Source: the human T2T-CHM13v2.0 reference genome, Homo sapiens
Strand: one strand, 5' to 3'
Length of the DNA: 64,000 nucleotides
Assembly (NCBI RefSeq): GCF_009914755.1
Contig: NC_060925.1
Program-made: the position numbers and the translations under genes
Notes under the pieces: generated by a model
What the model was told of the DNA's origin: nothing
The model's input: the letters and a program-made list of their open reading frames with translations, nothing else
Databases searched by the model: none
Shown here: in pieces, positions 1-13,264 of the stretch
Layout: each line of letters starts with the position of its first letter
How positions within the stretch are numbered: position 1 is the first letter of the stretch

Positions 1-199
1 GGTGACATTTCTCATTCCAAGCCAGGCACCTTAGCAAGGCTGACATTGTAGAAGGCCCGGAGCCTCTTGGAATGCCAGCTTCTGTTGGGGTTTGAGGAGA
101 GGACAAGAGGAGGGTAGGATGGCTTAAGTCTTCTTCTGCTTTCCTTCACCTCTACTTTCAGAACCTACTATGTGTCAGGCACATAGTAGCAATCTACTA

Positions 200-955
200 G
201 ATATCCATTGCAATGTAATGAATCACTACACACTTGGTGGCCTCCAGCAATATACATTTATTATTTCTCAGTTTAGGTCCAGGAGTCCAGGAATGCTTAA
301 ATGGGTCCTCTGCTCCGAGTCTCACAAGGCTGCAATCCTTGTGACATTGGCTAGGCTGTGTTCTCATCTGGAGGCTCTACTGGGGAACAACCCACTGCTA
401 TGCTCCCTCAGGTTGTGGTCAGAATTCATTTCCTTGTGGCTATCTGAGCAGGTCCCTGGCATTTTGTTGACTGTCACCCAGAGGCCACCCTCAGATTCTA
501 GAAGCTTCCCATGGTTCTTTGCCCTCAGGGCTTCCTCAACATGGCCGCGGACTTCATGGCACCAGCAAGGAGAATCTTGCTAGGGTATACAAGCAAGAGG
601 GAGTCATAGATGATAGAAAGGTAAATAGATAGACAGACAGACATATTAATAGATATAGATACAGATAGATCTAGATATATTTACATGTAGAGATAGATGA
701 TAGATATAAATAGATAATGATAAATTGATAGACACATACATATCTAGATAGATAAATATAGATAGATTATAGAATGAATAAATACATACATATATTTATC
801 TAAATAGATAGAGATGGCTGGATGGATAGATGGATGAATGGATGGATAGATGATTGATAGACAGATAGATGGTCCTAGCCACACTCAAAGCTAGGAGATT
901 CTACAGGGTGTAACACCAGGGGACAGAGATCAAAAGAATTCTGCCTATGGCCAGT
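200..955 (-). mobile_element. MaLR solo LTR (MLT1E/F-like), interrupted by a TAGA array
   Basis: Typical MLT1 blocks (…CTCACAAGGCTGCAATC…, …CAGAATTCATTTCCTTGTGG…). After the microsatellite it resumes to AGAATTCTGCCTA, the reverse complement of the MLT1E/F start. Confidence 0.75.
606..870. repeat. Degenerate (TAGA)n/(TGGA)n microsatellite
   Basis: Directly visible GATA/GGAT units. Confidence 0.95.
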
Positions 956-964
956 AACTTGAGA

Positions 965-1085
965 GTTAAGTAGTATCATTTCTATTTTCTAGAAGGGAAA
1001 CTGAGGTTTAGAGAGATAACTCACCCAAGTTCCAACAGTGGCCATTGGCCAAGCTGGAGTTCAGACCACGCCCTCCTGCCTCTCA
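965..1085 (-). mobile_element. MIR SINE fragment
   Basis: MIR core, reverse strand (…GGGAAACTGAGG…CCCAAG…). Confidence 0.8.
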
Positions 1086-1249
1086 ATGGGTACTGCTTTG
1101 TTGTCATTGTGACAACCCTTCCTTCAGTGCCCCGAGTAATGCTAATTACCTGCACACTGATGTGGACTGTTGAGGCAAAACATCCAGTACTTTCTCTAGG
1201 AAACACTCCTTGTGCTCATCATGTACTGTGCAGCATATATCTTGGCGAC

Positions 1250-1605
1250 CCCCTGCCAAATATGAGCTCCAAGAAGGCAAGGGCTGCATCCATCTTGTTC
1301 ATGGCCATATCTAAGACCCCAGACAGGTTCCTGGCCCATAGTGTGCCCTCTGTAAATAGTCATTCAGTCATTCAACAAATGCCTGTTGAGCTGGACTACA
1401 TACTGCAGATACCAAGATAATCAAGACATAGCTCTGTCTTCCCGCTCCCCTCCCTATCTAGCATAGCAGAAACATAAAATAAACCACAAGATAGCGTGAT
1501 ATGGCACAAACATTACTATGGCCACCTTCTCAGGGTTATTCATTCTTATGTCCCCAGAGCCTAAAACAATAGTTGGCACATAGTAGGTGCTCAATAATGT
1601 TTGCA
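1250..1605. mobile_element. L2 3'-end fragments (plus 1250-1360, minus 1360-1445, plus 1520-1605)
   Basis: L2 tail motifs GAGCTCC…GGCAAGGG, CATTCAACAAAT and GGCACATAGTAGGTGCTCAATAA. Confidence 0.7.
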
Positions 1606-2299
1606 GATCATTTGTATGCCTTGCTGTCTTCTCTCTGCATATGGTAGAAAATTTAGAAGTCACGTGAGGTTAATTGGTCAAGAGAAAATTAAAAGTACAT
1701 ATAACAGCCTCCCAGTCTAGCTTCCGAAGTCTCTGACCCATCCTACAATCCTGGCACCTCCCTTTTTGAGCAGAGCTTTGCATTTCTAAATAGGAAAAAA
1801 AAAAAAAGTCTGTAATTATTAAAACTGTGTATATAGGAGAATTTAGCCTTTCATTTGAGGTATCCTAATGACACTTCAACAACTACTAGGGAAGATAATA
1901 GGGTTTAGAGCAATTACACAGCCTGTCAAATACCAAAGATGAGTGATTCAGATTCATGCTCAGAGCTGGAACAATTCTCAGCGGTTTTGCTCATACACAG
2001 CTGTTTCATTTAAAATATTTTGGCAGAAAATTGCAAAGTGGGCCATGCTGGCCATCCCTGCTTTGGAAACTTAACTCCTGGCATACCTAACATCATCCTT
2101 CTCTTCCCCTCTTATTCCCCCGCCCCACAGCCTCACCTTAATTGCTGCTGGGCAAACTGTTTGAGCGACATGTTTGCAAGTCAAAACTTGACCCTAGAGC
2201 TGAAAATGCTGGGTACTTTGTTGCCCCTTCGTCCACTGGAAGATTTTCTGTCTTGTTCTATCATTCACCACTAGGTAACCAGTCCCATGTGTATTGCGA

Positions 2300-2785
2300 G
2301 TGTATATCCATCAAGGTCCTGGCTGAAAACAGATGGCCCACTAAAACTGGGTGATCTGAGAAGAGTTCAATGGGAGACCTGTTGACAAGTGTTCAGTGTG
2401 AATTTAAGGAAATCCAGTGTAATAGCGCGTTACCCAGGTGGGTGCCACAGCAGGGAGGCGATACCACCTCTACTTCTTCAGGGACAAGGGTCACGAAGCA
2501 GTCAACAGAATTTGGAGAGCATGCCTGCATGGATGTGGGGACAGCCCAGCAGGAGCTGCAGCTTTGAGTTTGAGGCATGAGGCCAACCCCAGCAACAGCA
2601 CGGGTTTTTGGAAATGCAAAGGCAGGCTGCACCCTCTAGACTCCTCCTGGTGTCTCCCATTGGCCAAACCCAAATGGAGGCCAAAACTCATTGCAGGGAA
2701 GGAGCAGACCTCGGATGCATTCCTTGCAGGTCAGCCTCCCAGAACTTTGAGAAGGGGTGAGGGAGGATGTTGAGAGTCGAACTGA
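2300..2785 (-). mobile_element. ERVL solo LTR (LTR33-like)
   Basis: …AAACAGATGGCCCACTAAAACTGGG… and …CCATTGGCCAAACCCAA… resemble the LTR33 family. Confidence 0.6.
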
Positions 2786-2788
2786 AGA

Positions 2789-3080
<292 letters not shown>

Positions 3081-3320
3081 TTGAAGATACTCAGTACCAA
3101 GAAGGTCCAAGAAAGTCGACATGTTTTCTGCCCTCAAGAAATGAACCTCTGGCTTAAAACAAAAACCTTGCAAGCAACTAATGATGGGCTAACTTGGTAC
3201 CGGTATAGAAGGACTCGTTCAATTTACCTTAAATCATTAAGAGTCCCTTGTCAGGGGGCCTGACAGGATCCCAGAAAAAGCCAAATCCTCGAGCTTCAAG
3301 AAGAGCTGGAGCTAACTCTC

Positions 3321-4024
<704 letters not shown>

Positions 4025-4077
4025 CGAAAAAAAATCTATTTATATATATATAGTCCACCCTCACCTCTATCTAATCT

Positions 4078-4268
4078 AGTGGTTCTCCAACTTTAATGTG
4101 CTCAGGAATCACCTGGAGAATTTGTGAATTTATGAAAACAGTTTCCTGGGGCCCTTCCCAAATATGCAGATTCAGTAGGAGTGGCAGGGCCCATGAACTC
4201 ACATTCTGTGACGTTCACACAGAGGGGCTGGTGCTGCTGGTCAAAGATCACCATTAGAGCAATGCTGG
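4078..4268. mobile_element. hAT-Charlie MITE (MER5A-like)
   Basis: AGTGGTTCTC…GAATCACCTGGAG…GATTCAGTAGG…GGTGCTGCTGGTC. Confidence 0.8.
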
Positions 4269-5156
4269 ATCATCTATTCAGCCTACTCTCCCTAACTGTT
4301 TCCCCGCAGAGGCTTCAGGGCTTTTGAGGGTTACTTAGCCAAGTCATTGCCTCTGTTCCCGGAGCCATCTGCCAATTTCAAGTGCCACATCATCTGGGTA
4401 TCATGAGAGCCCATCTCCATCTGCCAGCCTGGAAGCAGCCATGGCAAATGGGATGTGTCCCACTGCCCCCGTTTGGTGCCACAGTTGGGTTTATTCTCAC
4501 AGCTGCAAACCCACGTGCTGGGCTGCACAGCTGCCTGAACGAAGCTGGAGCGTGCAGAACAAACTGCATGGAATGTCACGTGGGGTTTTCCACTCTCGCC
4601 CACAGTGAGTTGGCAATGCCTGGCCACGTGTGCTCTGTGGTCTTTGAACTTGATCTGGGAGGACAGAACTTCAAAAGGAAGATGAAGGCCCCAGCAAGGG
4701 AGGTATTCCTGTCTTGAGCAGAAGGTAAAGGTAGAAGGTGCAGATTAGGTACTGGGAATAGTCATGGTTTGGTTTGAATGGAGTAGAAGATTCCAGAGGA
4801 AGAGCAGTGGGGCACAGTGGGGAGTGAAGGGGGCCATGGCAGTATGATGCAGGGAAGGGATACGCCCAAGATGGCCAGGAGAGAAGAGCCGAGGGGCAGG
4901 GTGAGCAAAAGGTGAATAAGGGCTCAGACGACATGACGGCACCGGGGATGGCAAGGGCTGGACGCAGCAGGACCGTGGTCTGTTCTGTGATGGATTGTCG
5001 GGAGAAACGGGAGCGTGTGAGGAATTGAAAAGGAGGCAACATTCTGATTCTGAGTCTGGATGCCTGAAAAATAGAAGTCCCAGAGATCAAAATAGTAGAG
5101 GCTGGAAGAAAAATGGATGGGGAAGAAGTGAGCTTGAAAGAATCCTTAGAAGTCAC

Positions 5157-5800
<644 letters not shown>

Positions 5801-5829
5801 CCTGGAAAGCTGGTACTACTGTCACCAGC

Positions 5830-5975
5830 TGAATCTCCCTGTGTAACAGATGGAAATATTGAGGCCCATGGAGGGAAGCAACTCCCTCCAAGGAGCAGAG
5901 TCCCGTCTGCCCTCAGTAGAGCTCTCAGCTCCAGACACGTGGTGGTTTTCTTACCAGACCACACTGCCTCTTGCA
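5830..5975 (-). mobile_element. MIR fragment
   Basis: ACAGATGGAAATATTGAGGCCC…CCACACTGCCTC. Confidence 0.6.
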
Positions 5976-6384
5976 TCGTGAAATACTGACCGTCTCCCTG
6001 TCTGTAGATTTGGTTGTTCAAACAACATGCTGCTACTAAAGAAAGCCTCTGTTTGTTTGTTTGTTTTTTTGGATTAATGATTTTTCTCCTGGAGTTTCCT
6101 GGTTCCCCACCTCCACAACAGCGACCCTTCTTGCCTCTTTCCATTCCTGGTCTTGATGGCCAAGCCCAGGAAAACAAAGCTTTCGTCCCAGCCAGGTAAC
6201 TTGAGGGGGCACGTCACCTGTGACCCTGGGAGGTGAGGTGCCAGGCCGAGAATTCCAGGAGGCACCTGGGAGAACAGGGCAGGGAAAGAGGCTGGACTAG
6301 AGATACTGATTCAGGTCATGTGTGCATGGAAGCACTGCGAGGATATGAAATCAGGGAGACAAAAGCAGGAGGGAGAAAACATCC

Positions 6385-7100
6385 TTGTCTTCACCAAGAT
6401 TCTTTGGGTCTTTGGGTTTCAAGCAATAGAATCTGCCTCAGGGTTGCTTACATGGTGAAGGAGGATTTCTTGGGAAGACACTGGAATTTCACACAATGCA
6501 AAGAGAAGCTGGGCGTTCAGGTCTGGGGAGGGAATTGGAGGCTGGGGAGCCGCCCCTCTCTCAGCCCCTCCCTCCTGGGCTGCGTGTCCTTCCGTCCCTG
6601 TGCAGTAGTTCAAATGTCTGTGCACAAAACAGAAAACTCTGACTCACCTTGCCCACACAATGAGAAAAGTATGTTTTCCCACATCACAGCGGGTCCTGAC
6701 GTAGGATGCCCCAGTGGCCTTCTCTGGAGGCTCCGTCGTGTTCCGGCATCTGGTCTATCCCGTCTTTCCTTCCCACTCACCTCCATCGCTGGCTCTGTGG
6801 CGAGTGCTCCTTTCCTGGCATCACGGTGGCCCACACATGAAGACAGGGCTGCATCTAATCCTAGAGAGGGCTGCTTTTCCCAGGCGTCTCTTTCTTAGGA
6901 GCCCTCCAGAAGCTCCTCTAGCCCTGGCCCGTGCCGCTTTGGCCACAGCTGAGTCAGGTGCCGAGTGGATCACTGGCGAGGTAAAGGGGATCGCCACCAT
7001 CCTATGGGGAAGGGGGGCTTCCCAAAGAAAATGGAGGTTCTCTTCGAAAGCAGGAAGGGGTGCCTGGGAGTGTTTGCTGGGGAGACAACTCGGCTTCCCC
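6385..7100 (-). mobile_element. Old MaLR LTR remnants (MLT1J/K/L-like)
   Basis: Degenerate GGTTTCAAGCAATAGAA and ACAGAAAACTCTGACTCA blocks; highly diverged. Confidence 0.4.
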
Positions 7101-7446
7101 CTGCAACCAGCCCCGTTCTCCTCCCTCTGTAGAGCAGCCTTCTGGGCATGTGGCACCACACCTGGGAAGGCCCGTCGCCTCGGCCACACATGGGCAGGCT
7201 CTGAATCCGGATTCCTAATTCCTAGGAGAGAGAATCCACAACGAACAGCTTCAGTCAGGAGAAAACTGGGCATGAACCGAGACGTCCCCGTGAAGTCATG
7301 CAGGACAAACACGCGGCTTAGGGGCATCTCTGGGAGGGAAGGGGGCCGTTTCCAGAGGAAGGAAGTTGTTGGGAAGCCCAGGAGATACCCCAGTGTGGTA
7401 TCTCCTGCACAGCCTTGGAGAATATGGAGATTGAAGAGAGTAGATA

Positions 7447-7660
7447 CAGAGGTTGGCAACCAAGGCTGGTATCCCCACCCCCACTCCCAAGTAGGAGGTA
7501 TTTGGAAATTTGGGGGGTCGCTTTGGTTGTCACCAGCCTGGGGGCAGCTATTGGTATTCAGAAGGTAGTGGCCAGGATGTTGAATGTCCTGAAACGCAGG
7601 GGACAGTCCTATACAATGAAGAATTATCCCACCAAAATGCCAGCTGTGCCACATAGGGAG
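7447..7660 (+). mobile_element. MER20-like hAT-Charlie element
   Basis: TTTGGTTGTCAC…GGCCAGGATG…GGACAGTCC…AAGAATTATCC…AAAATGCCA. Confidence 0.75.
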
Positions 7661-7847
7661 ACAAAAAGAAAGAAGGGATACTTAAGAAAGCTTGGGAGTG
7701 GGAGGGACAGATCGTATAGTGTGTGGAAGCCCAGAAGGGGAGGTCCGCTCAGATTGGAGGCTGGGAGCAGGGCCTAGTTCTTGGTGCTCCAGGAAACCTA
7801 GGAAGACAAGACCTAAGCATGGGCAAAATGAGGCCAGGGAATGAGTG

Positions 7848-8147
<300 letters not shown>

Positions 8148-8699
8148 TTAAAAATCCCAGGGAGGAAGTGGAAGCAGACTTTCAGACTCAATTCAGGCAG
8201 GGGTGCAGCGTGATGGGAGGCCTGGTTAGATCCTGATGCTGCTCTTCCTAGGAAGATGAGAAGAGCCCAGGGACAGCACGAAAGAAAGAGAGCTAGAAAG
8301 GGATAGGCAGAGGAAGAGTGAACCAGCAGGGCAGGAGACCCTTGGGTTAGAACTTCCATGAACTTGCTCTGCAGACACTGTCAATAAAAGTGCATTGACT
8401 ACTGCTCCTGGGAGGTATATTTAAGAAATGATAACCAATTATGATGTGTTAGCCTGAAGTTAAAGGAATGGAGAATTCAGTAGACCTACCCGGCACCCAA
8501 CAGCTGTTGTGTGGGCAGCACTGCAAAGCAGGGAGGAAATGACACAGGTTTCAGAGTCCAAGGAGCGACGCTTGCATCTTGACTGTCCTTGCTGCTCAGA
8601 GATTTATCTGAGGGTTAAGTAAAAAAAGATATCTAATGCAGTCCCCAGAACATGGGCGCCATTCCAGAAATGGTGGCAGAATGCTATTTATGTTACTGT

Positions 8700-8731
8700 G
8701 ATCATCATCGTCATCATCATCATCATCTTCA
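8700..8731. repeat. (CAT)n imperfect trinucleotide at a MIR 3' end
   Basis: ATCATCATCGTCATCATCATCATCATCTTCAT. Confidence 0.85.
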
Positions 8732-9494
8732 TGACAGTCACCCCCTTGAGCCTCAGTGTTGCCTCCTCTCCTATGGGGGTAGTATTCTACGGTATTTGCA
8801 GCCTTCTTCTATCTGGTTCTCTGTGTTGACTTCCTGACACTTGGTGGCAGAGAATTCCTTGGCTTGGCTCTATGAACCATGAGATATTTTGGTTTGAAGT
8901 GTCCCTTCTAGGCTCTACATTTAGTGGCCTCTTGGGGGAAGACTCTTCTGCAGAGGCACTGAGGTAGGTGCTGACCATTTGGCTGTTTGCACGGCCCCCT
9001 CTCTGCTGTGAGCCCCAAATGCTGTTCCACAGCGAGGTGTGCTCACAGCGCATCCCCCTTGCTGAAGCCGGGGGTTCACCCACAGCCTTCTCTGACTTTT
9101 CCCACTGCCCCAGGCCTAAACAGGGAATTTCAGAGTCTCGCAAAAGCTAGCAAGGACTGCCTTTTAAGTCATGTCCATTCAAAGGCCTGGACCATCCCTG
9201 AGGCCGCGAAGGCACAGAGAGAACAGAACAGCTTTTGGGATGTGTTTTATGATGCTCAGAGATCCTATGACTCCTTTCTTGACTCCACTTCTGTGGCTCC
9301 ACCTGGAAGCTGTCTCTCCAGGCCAGCTTTTCTCATCTGTCCTAGAAAATGCCATCTCCATCACCGCTTCTTTTTGCTGTTTTATCTTTCTCGCTCTTTT
9401 TCAGTCATCCCACACTCTCTCTAGACTTTATTTAAACAAGTATGCATTCCTGCTTGCCGCGGGCCTGAAAAAACCATAACGATGTTGTATGTAA

Positions 9495-9730
9495 AAGAGC
9501 TGTCTGTGCCTCCAGGCATGAGGGCTTTTCGTGTATAATTCACATCATCCTCACAAAACTCCAATGAGCCAGCTACTTTTATCATCATCCCCATTTTCCA
9601 GGCAAGCAAACTGAGGCACAAAGAGACTAAGTCACTTGCCCAAGGACACATATCTAGTAAGGGACCACGTTGGGATTGGAACCCAGGCCTTCCACCTCTA
9701 AAGCCTGTGCACTTAATCCCCAAGCTGCAT
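9495..9730 (-). mobile_element. MIR, near full length
   Basis: ATCCTCACAAAAC…CCCCATTTT…AAACTGAGGCAC…AAGTCACTTGCCCAAGG…GAACCCAGG. Confidence 0.9.
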
Positions 9731-10879
9731 TCATCCCATTGTCGCCTGATCAAGCCCCACCTGTGTGTTCTTCATACCTTACCTTGCGTGTCATTGACTC
9801 CCCAGGACTGGACTTTCTGTCCATGTGTCCACTGCAAGGCCTCTGAGACCACAGCCCTCACTCTTATTTGTTGTTAGTGGTTTAATTCTGTCTCTCTGGT
9901 CCACACGCTCCAGGAGGGCACATTGATATCTCCAGCACTTAACCCAAGGCCAGCACGTAGCAGGTGCTCAGTGAACACGCTCTGAATTGGTGGACAGCTG
10001 GCTGAATGGTAACAAGACACAGAGATTCAATTGCTCCTCAAAGTCCACATAGCAAAGAAGGGGCTGGACCTGGACTCAGACCCAAGTTTTAGAAAAGCAG
10101 GTCCATGCTGGCCGCTGAGTCCCCTGCCCATCGAGAGCCACATGGAAATGTTTTGCTGGTGGAAGCCCGTGCACCCCCATCTGAGGGACAGAGGCACAGA
10201 GAGACTCCTTTTGTTGTTCCTCCCAGATTGCAAAAGCAGGAATAAAGGGAAAGAAGGGAAAATTTCCCAGCATGTGACCAGGAGGGTGTGCTAATTGTCT
10301 GCGGATGTTCGTAAAAGGCAAGAATCTGTCTCATTGTCAGGCGCTCTGGCGTTGGCCATATGGATTTATTTTAGTGGATTTTTGTGTTGTAGAGTTTCTG
10401 ATAAACACAGGATGAGTCATTGCCTGCTTCTGCAATTGCACTCAAGCCTGAGCCACCCTCCTCAACACTCTGAGACCTCCTGAGAGCCAGGTTGCAATTT
10501 CTGGAAAATTCTACAGAGCGGCCTTGCTGCTCCTGGGGGCGGCTGATGGCCCGTTCCCCATGGGTGTCGCCTCCCTCCTCTGTGCCTTCTCAGCCTCGGT
10601 CCCGCGCTGGCCGTTTCCCTCCCATGTCAGTGGTTCTGTCGGTTTCACATGCATGCCCCCACTGAGACTGTTAAGTTCCTCTCCAGTAGCGGCTGGATTT
10701 TTTTTCATCTCGGTTTTTACAGAACCTGGTATCCCCACATGCCCAACATGCACCTGCTGAAGGATGAACCTGGAATTTCCTGTTTCCCATTGGTAAGCCT
10801 GGCTGGGAATCTGGGCTTAAAAGAATTCAGGCCGCCTTTGCTCTTCTCACCCACTCAGATTTTCATGGACAACAAGTTG

Positions 10880-11090
10880 GTGCAGCGAAAAGAATGAAGA
10901 CTTGGGGTCAGACCAAATGGGGTTCAGATCCTGGCTCGGCGGCTGTGTGATGTGGGGTTAGCCAAGCTCTCCGAGTCCCAGTGTCTGTGTTTGTGCTCTT
11001 GGAATCAATCCCCACCTATTGGAGCTGCCGTGAGGGCGGAATCAGATGATGTGCGGGAGGCTGCGCACATCAGGCAGTTCTGTGGATGTT
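10880..11090 (+). mobile_element. MIR
   Basis: GGGGTCAGAC…GGGTTCAGATCCTGGCTC…GCTGTGTGA…GTGAGGGCGGAATCAGATGAT. Confidence 0.75.
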
Positions 11091-11255
11091 GGATGCCTTT
11101 CCTCTTTCCCCTCACCTGGGAAAAGAGAGGGATGGGCCCAGTCCTGAGGCATCCATTGGCTAAGGTAACTTTCCGTCATGCAGGGACCCAACCCAGTAGT
11201 GATTGACTTGAAAAAACTCAAGGCTGACTCTGAGCATTCTGGGGGCAGGGATTTT

Positions 11256-11536
11256 GTTTTTTTGTGTTTTGGTTTTTTAAACTTTCCGTAAGTGTTTGGG
11301 GTACAGGTGGCATTTGGTTGCATGAGTACGTTCTTTAGTGGTGATTTGTGAGATTTTGGTGCACCCATCACCCGAGCAGTGTACACTGAACCCAACGTGT
11401 AGCCTTTTATCCCTCACCTGCTTCCCACCCTTTGCCCTGAGTCCCCAAAGTCCATCATATCATTCTTAGGCCTTTGCGTCCTCGTAGCTTAGCCTCCACT
11501 TATGAGTGAGAACATGCGACGTTGGCTTTTCCATTA
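11256..11536 (-). mobile_element. 5'-truncated L1 3' end (L1PB-like)
   Basis: L1PB 3'UTR motifs (GTGGTGATTTGTGAGATTTTGGTGCACCCATCACC; TTATGAGTGAGAACATGCGA); TSD GGGGCAGGGATTTT at 11242-11255 and 11537-11550. Confidence 0.92.
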
Positions 11537-12032
11537 GGGGCAGGGATTTTATTTGCCTCCCCCTGCACACTAGGCTGACAGACAGTAAAATTGCTTAGGG
11601 CTGAGCTGGGTTCAAGAGGAGGGTTGTTGGGAAAGAGGGAGTGGGTCCCAGAGAGGAGCCCTCGAAGCAGGCCCCAGAGGCTGGTAAGCAGCCGCCACTG
11701 GCCCTTTGGAGAATGTTCACAAGGGCCTTTCTGCCAGCAAGCTTCAATTTTTTAATAAAGCAGCTGTCTTACCTTCAAAGTTTGGGAACCAGTAATGAGT
11801 GGGCATGTCTATGGGATTGAGAAACTCTCCACTCAAGGATCCCCTGGCTAAGGTGGAACAGGAGCCCCTAACTTGGGGTTTCACATGTTGTCATAGGAAA
11901 CCCTAGAAATAGACTGGGGTTTCTTTTATTCCTTCTCCATTTGCATAAAAGTTGGCTGTGCCCCTTCCTGTCATCTTGGGAAGACGACTAAAGTTAAATA
12001 ACATTGCTGGAAACAGAGGTCCAATGCTTAAG

Positions 12033-12173
12033 CCAGAGATGACAAATACTAGCACACAGGGCATAACTCAGCCCTCCCCTGCCTGTGGCAGACATACACA
12101 ATCAATCACCGAATTCTCTATGCCATCCCTTGGCATACACAATCAATCGACAAATGCTCTATGCCATCCCTGG
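12033..12173. mobile_element. Small hAT-type MITE remnant with an internal 41-bp-period duplication
   Basis: TIR-like ends CCAGAGATGACAAATA … TATGCCATCCCTGG. Confidence 0.5.
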
Positions 12174-12641
12174 CAACATAGTCACAGTTCAGGGAACTTT
12201 CTGAATTGTGATCATTGTGATCATTTATATTAATAAACATCTTCTCTTTTAAAAAGGAGAAAACAACATAAAATATCTCGGCTAAAACATGTATCACTGC
12301 ACTGTGTAAATATTCAGGACTCTGGAGATTGCATCTCAATTGTTTTATTTTCGTCCTATTTTATTTGAGTATAAACAATAAATATGTTGCAAATTATTAA
12401 TGGAAAACCGTGTTTAAAAATTACAGCTATTATCGATCAATTGGATGAAATAATCGCTACAATCACTGGATAATTAGATCCTTCCTGGCCTAAGAGGAGG
12501 GTGCATGAGCTCTGGGATTGATTCTCTGCTCAACGGAGTCCCAGAACCAAGAGGAGAGATTCCTGAACCCTGGGGCAGCCACGTTGGCAATTTTAAGTTG
12601 CGGTAGCAGTCCATAGTCCCCCCAAGAAAGGAAGAAACTAC

Positions 12642-13177
12642 ATCCATTATAAATGCTTTTAGCTGAAGGTTACAGAAACCTTGACTAAAAGTTGCTTAAA
12701 CTATGTTTTTTTCCCCCACTAAATAAAAAAATGCTGTGGTTGGTAGCACTGGACGGGTACAACAGTCCAAAAGCATCATCAGGAACCCAGTCTCTTTCCA
12801 TCTTTCCAAGTTGGCATCCAGAGGTTGGTGGTTTGTTACTTCATGGTCACAAGATGGCTGCAGATGCTCCAAGCTCCACATTCCCATTTCAGGCAGGAAG
12901 AAGGCAGAAGAGATAGCGAGAGCAACATTTGTACTGCTTTAATCAGGAGATCTCCCGAGAGACTTCTACTTAAGTCTCACTGGCCAGAACAGGGTCACAT
13001 GGCCACCCTTGCTACAAGAGAGGCTGAGAAAGCGAGGAACAGGATATCCTGGGTGGCTTAAGCCATTAGTTCATGATCCTTCACCTGGGGCTGAGTATAC
13101 TGTTACTCTGAACAAGCAGGGGCTCTGTTAGCAGGAAAGGAGAGCCTGGAAATTGAGTAGACAGCTAATAGTGTCGT
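12642..13177 (-). mobile_element. MaLR solo LTR (MLT1I/J/K-like)
   Basis: TCATGGTCACAAGATGGCTGC; TCTCACTGGCCAGAAC…GGTCACATGGCCACCC; GGAGGCTGAGAAA-like block. Confidence 0.75.
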
Positions 13178-13264
13178 GACTGACTCACGAGAAGACCATG
13201 CCCCAAGTCCCTTTGAGCCATGATAGGCATGAATAACAGAGCTATGGATGACTTTATGGTTCCT

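Noticed and set aside
6233-7654. Overlapping 221-, 284- and 277-aa ORFs
   Set aside because: They run through MLT1-like and MER20 remnants, overlap on both strands, and show no domain or splice structure; consistent with chance ORFs in GC-rich DNA.
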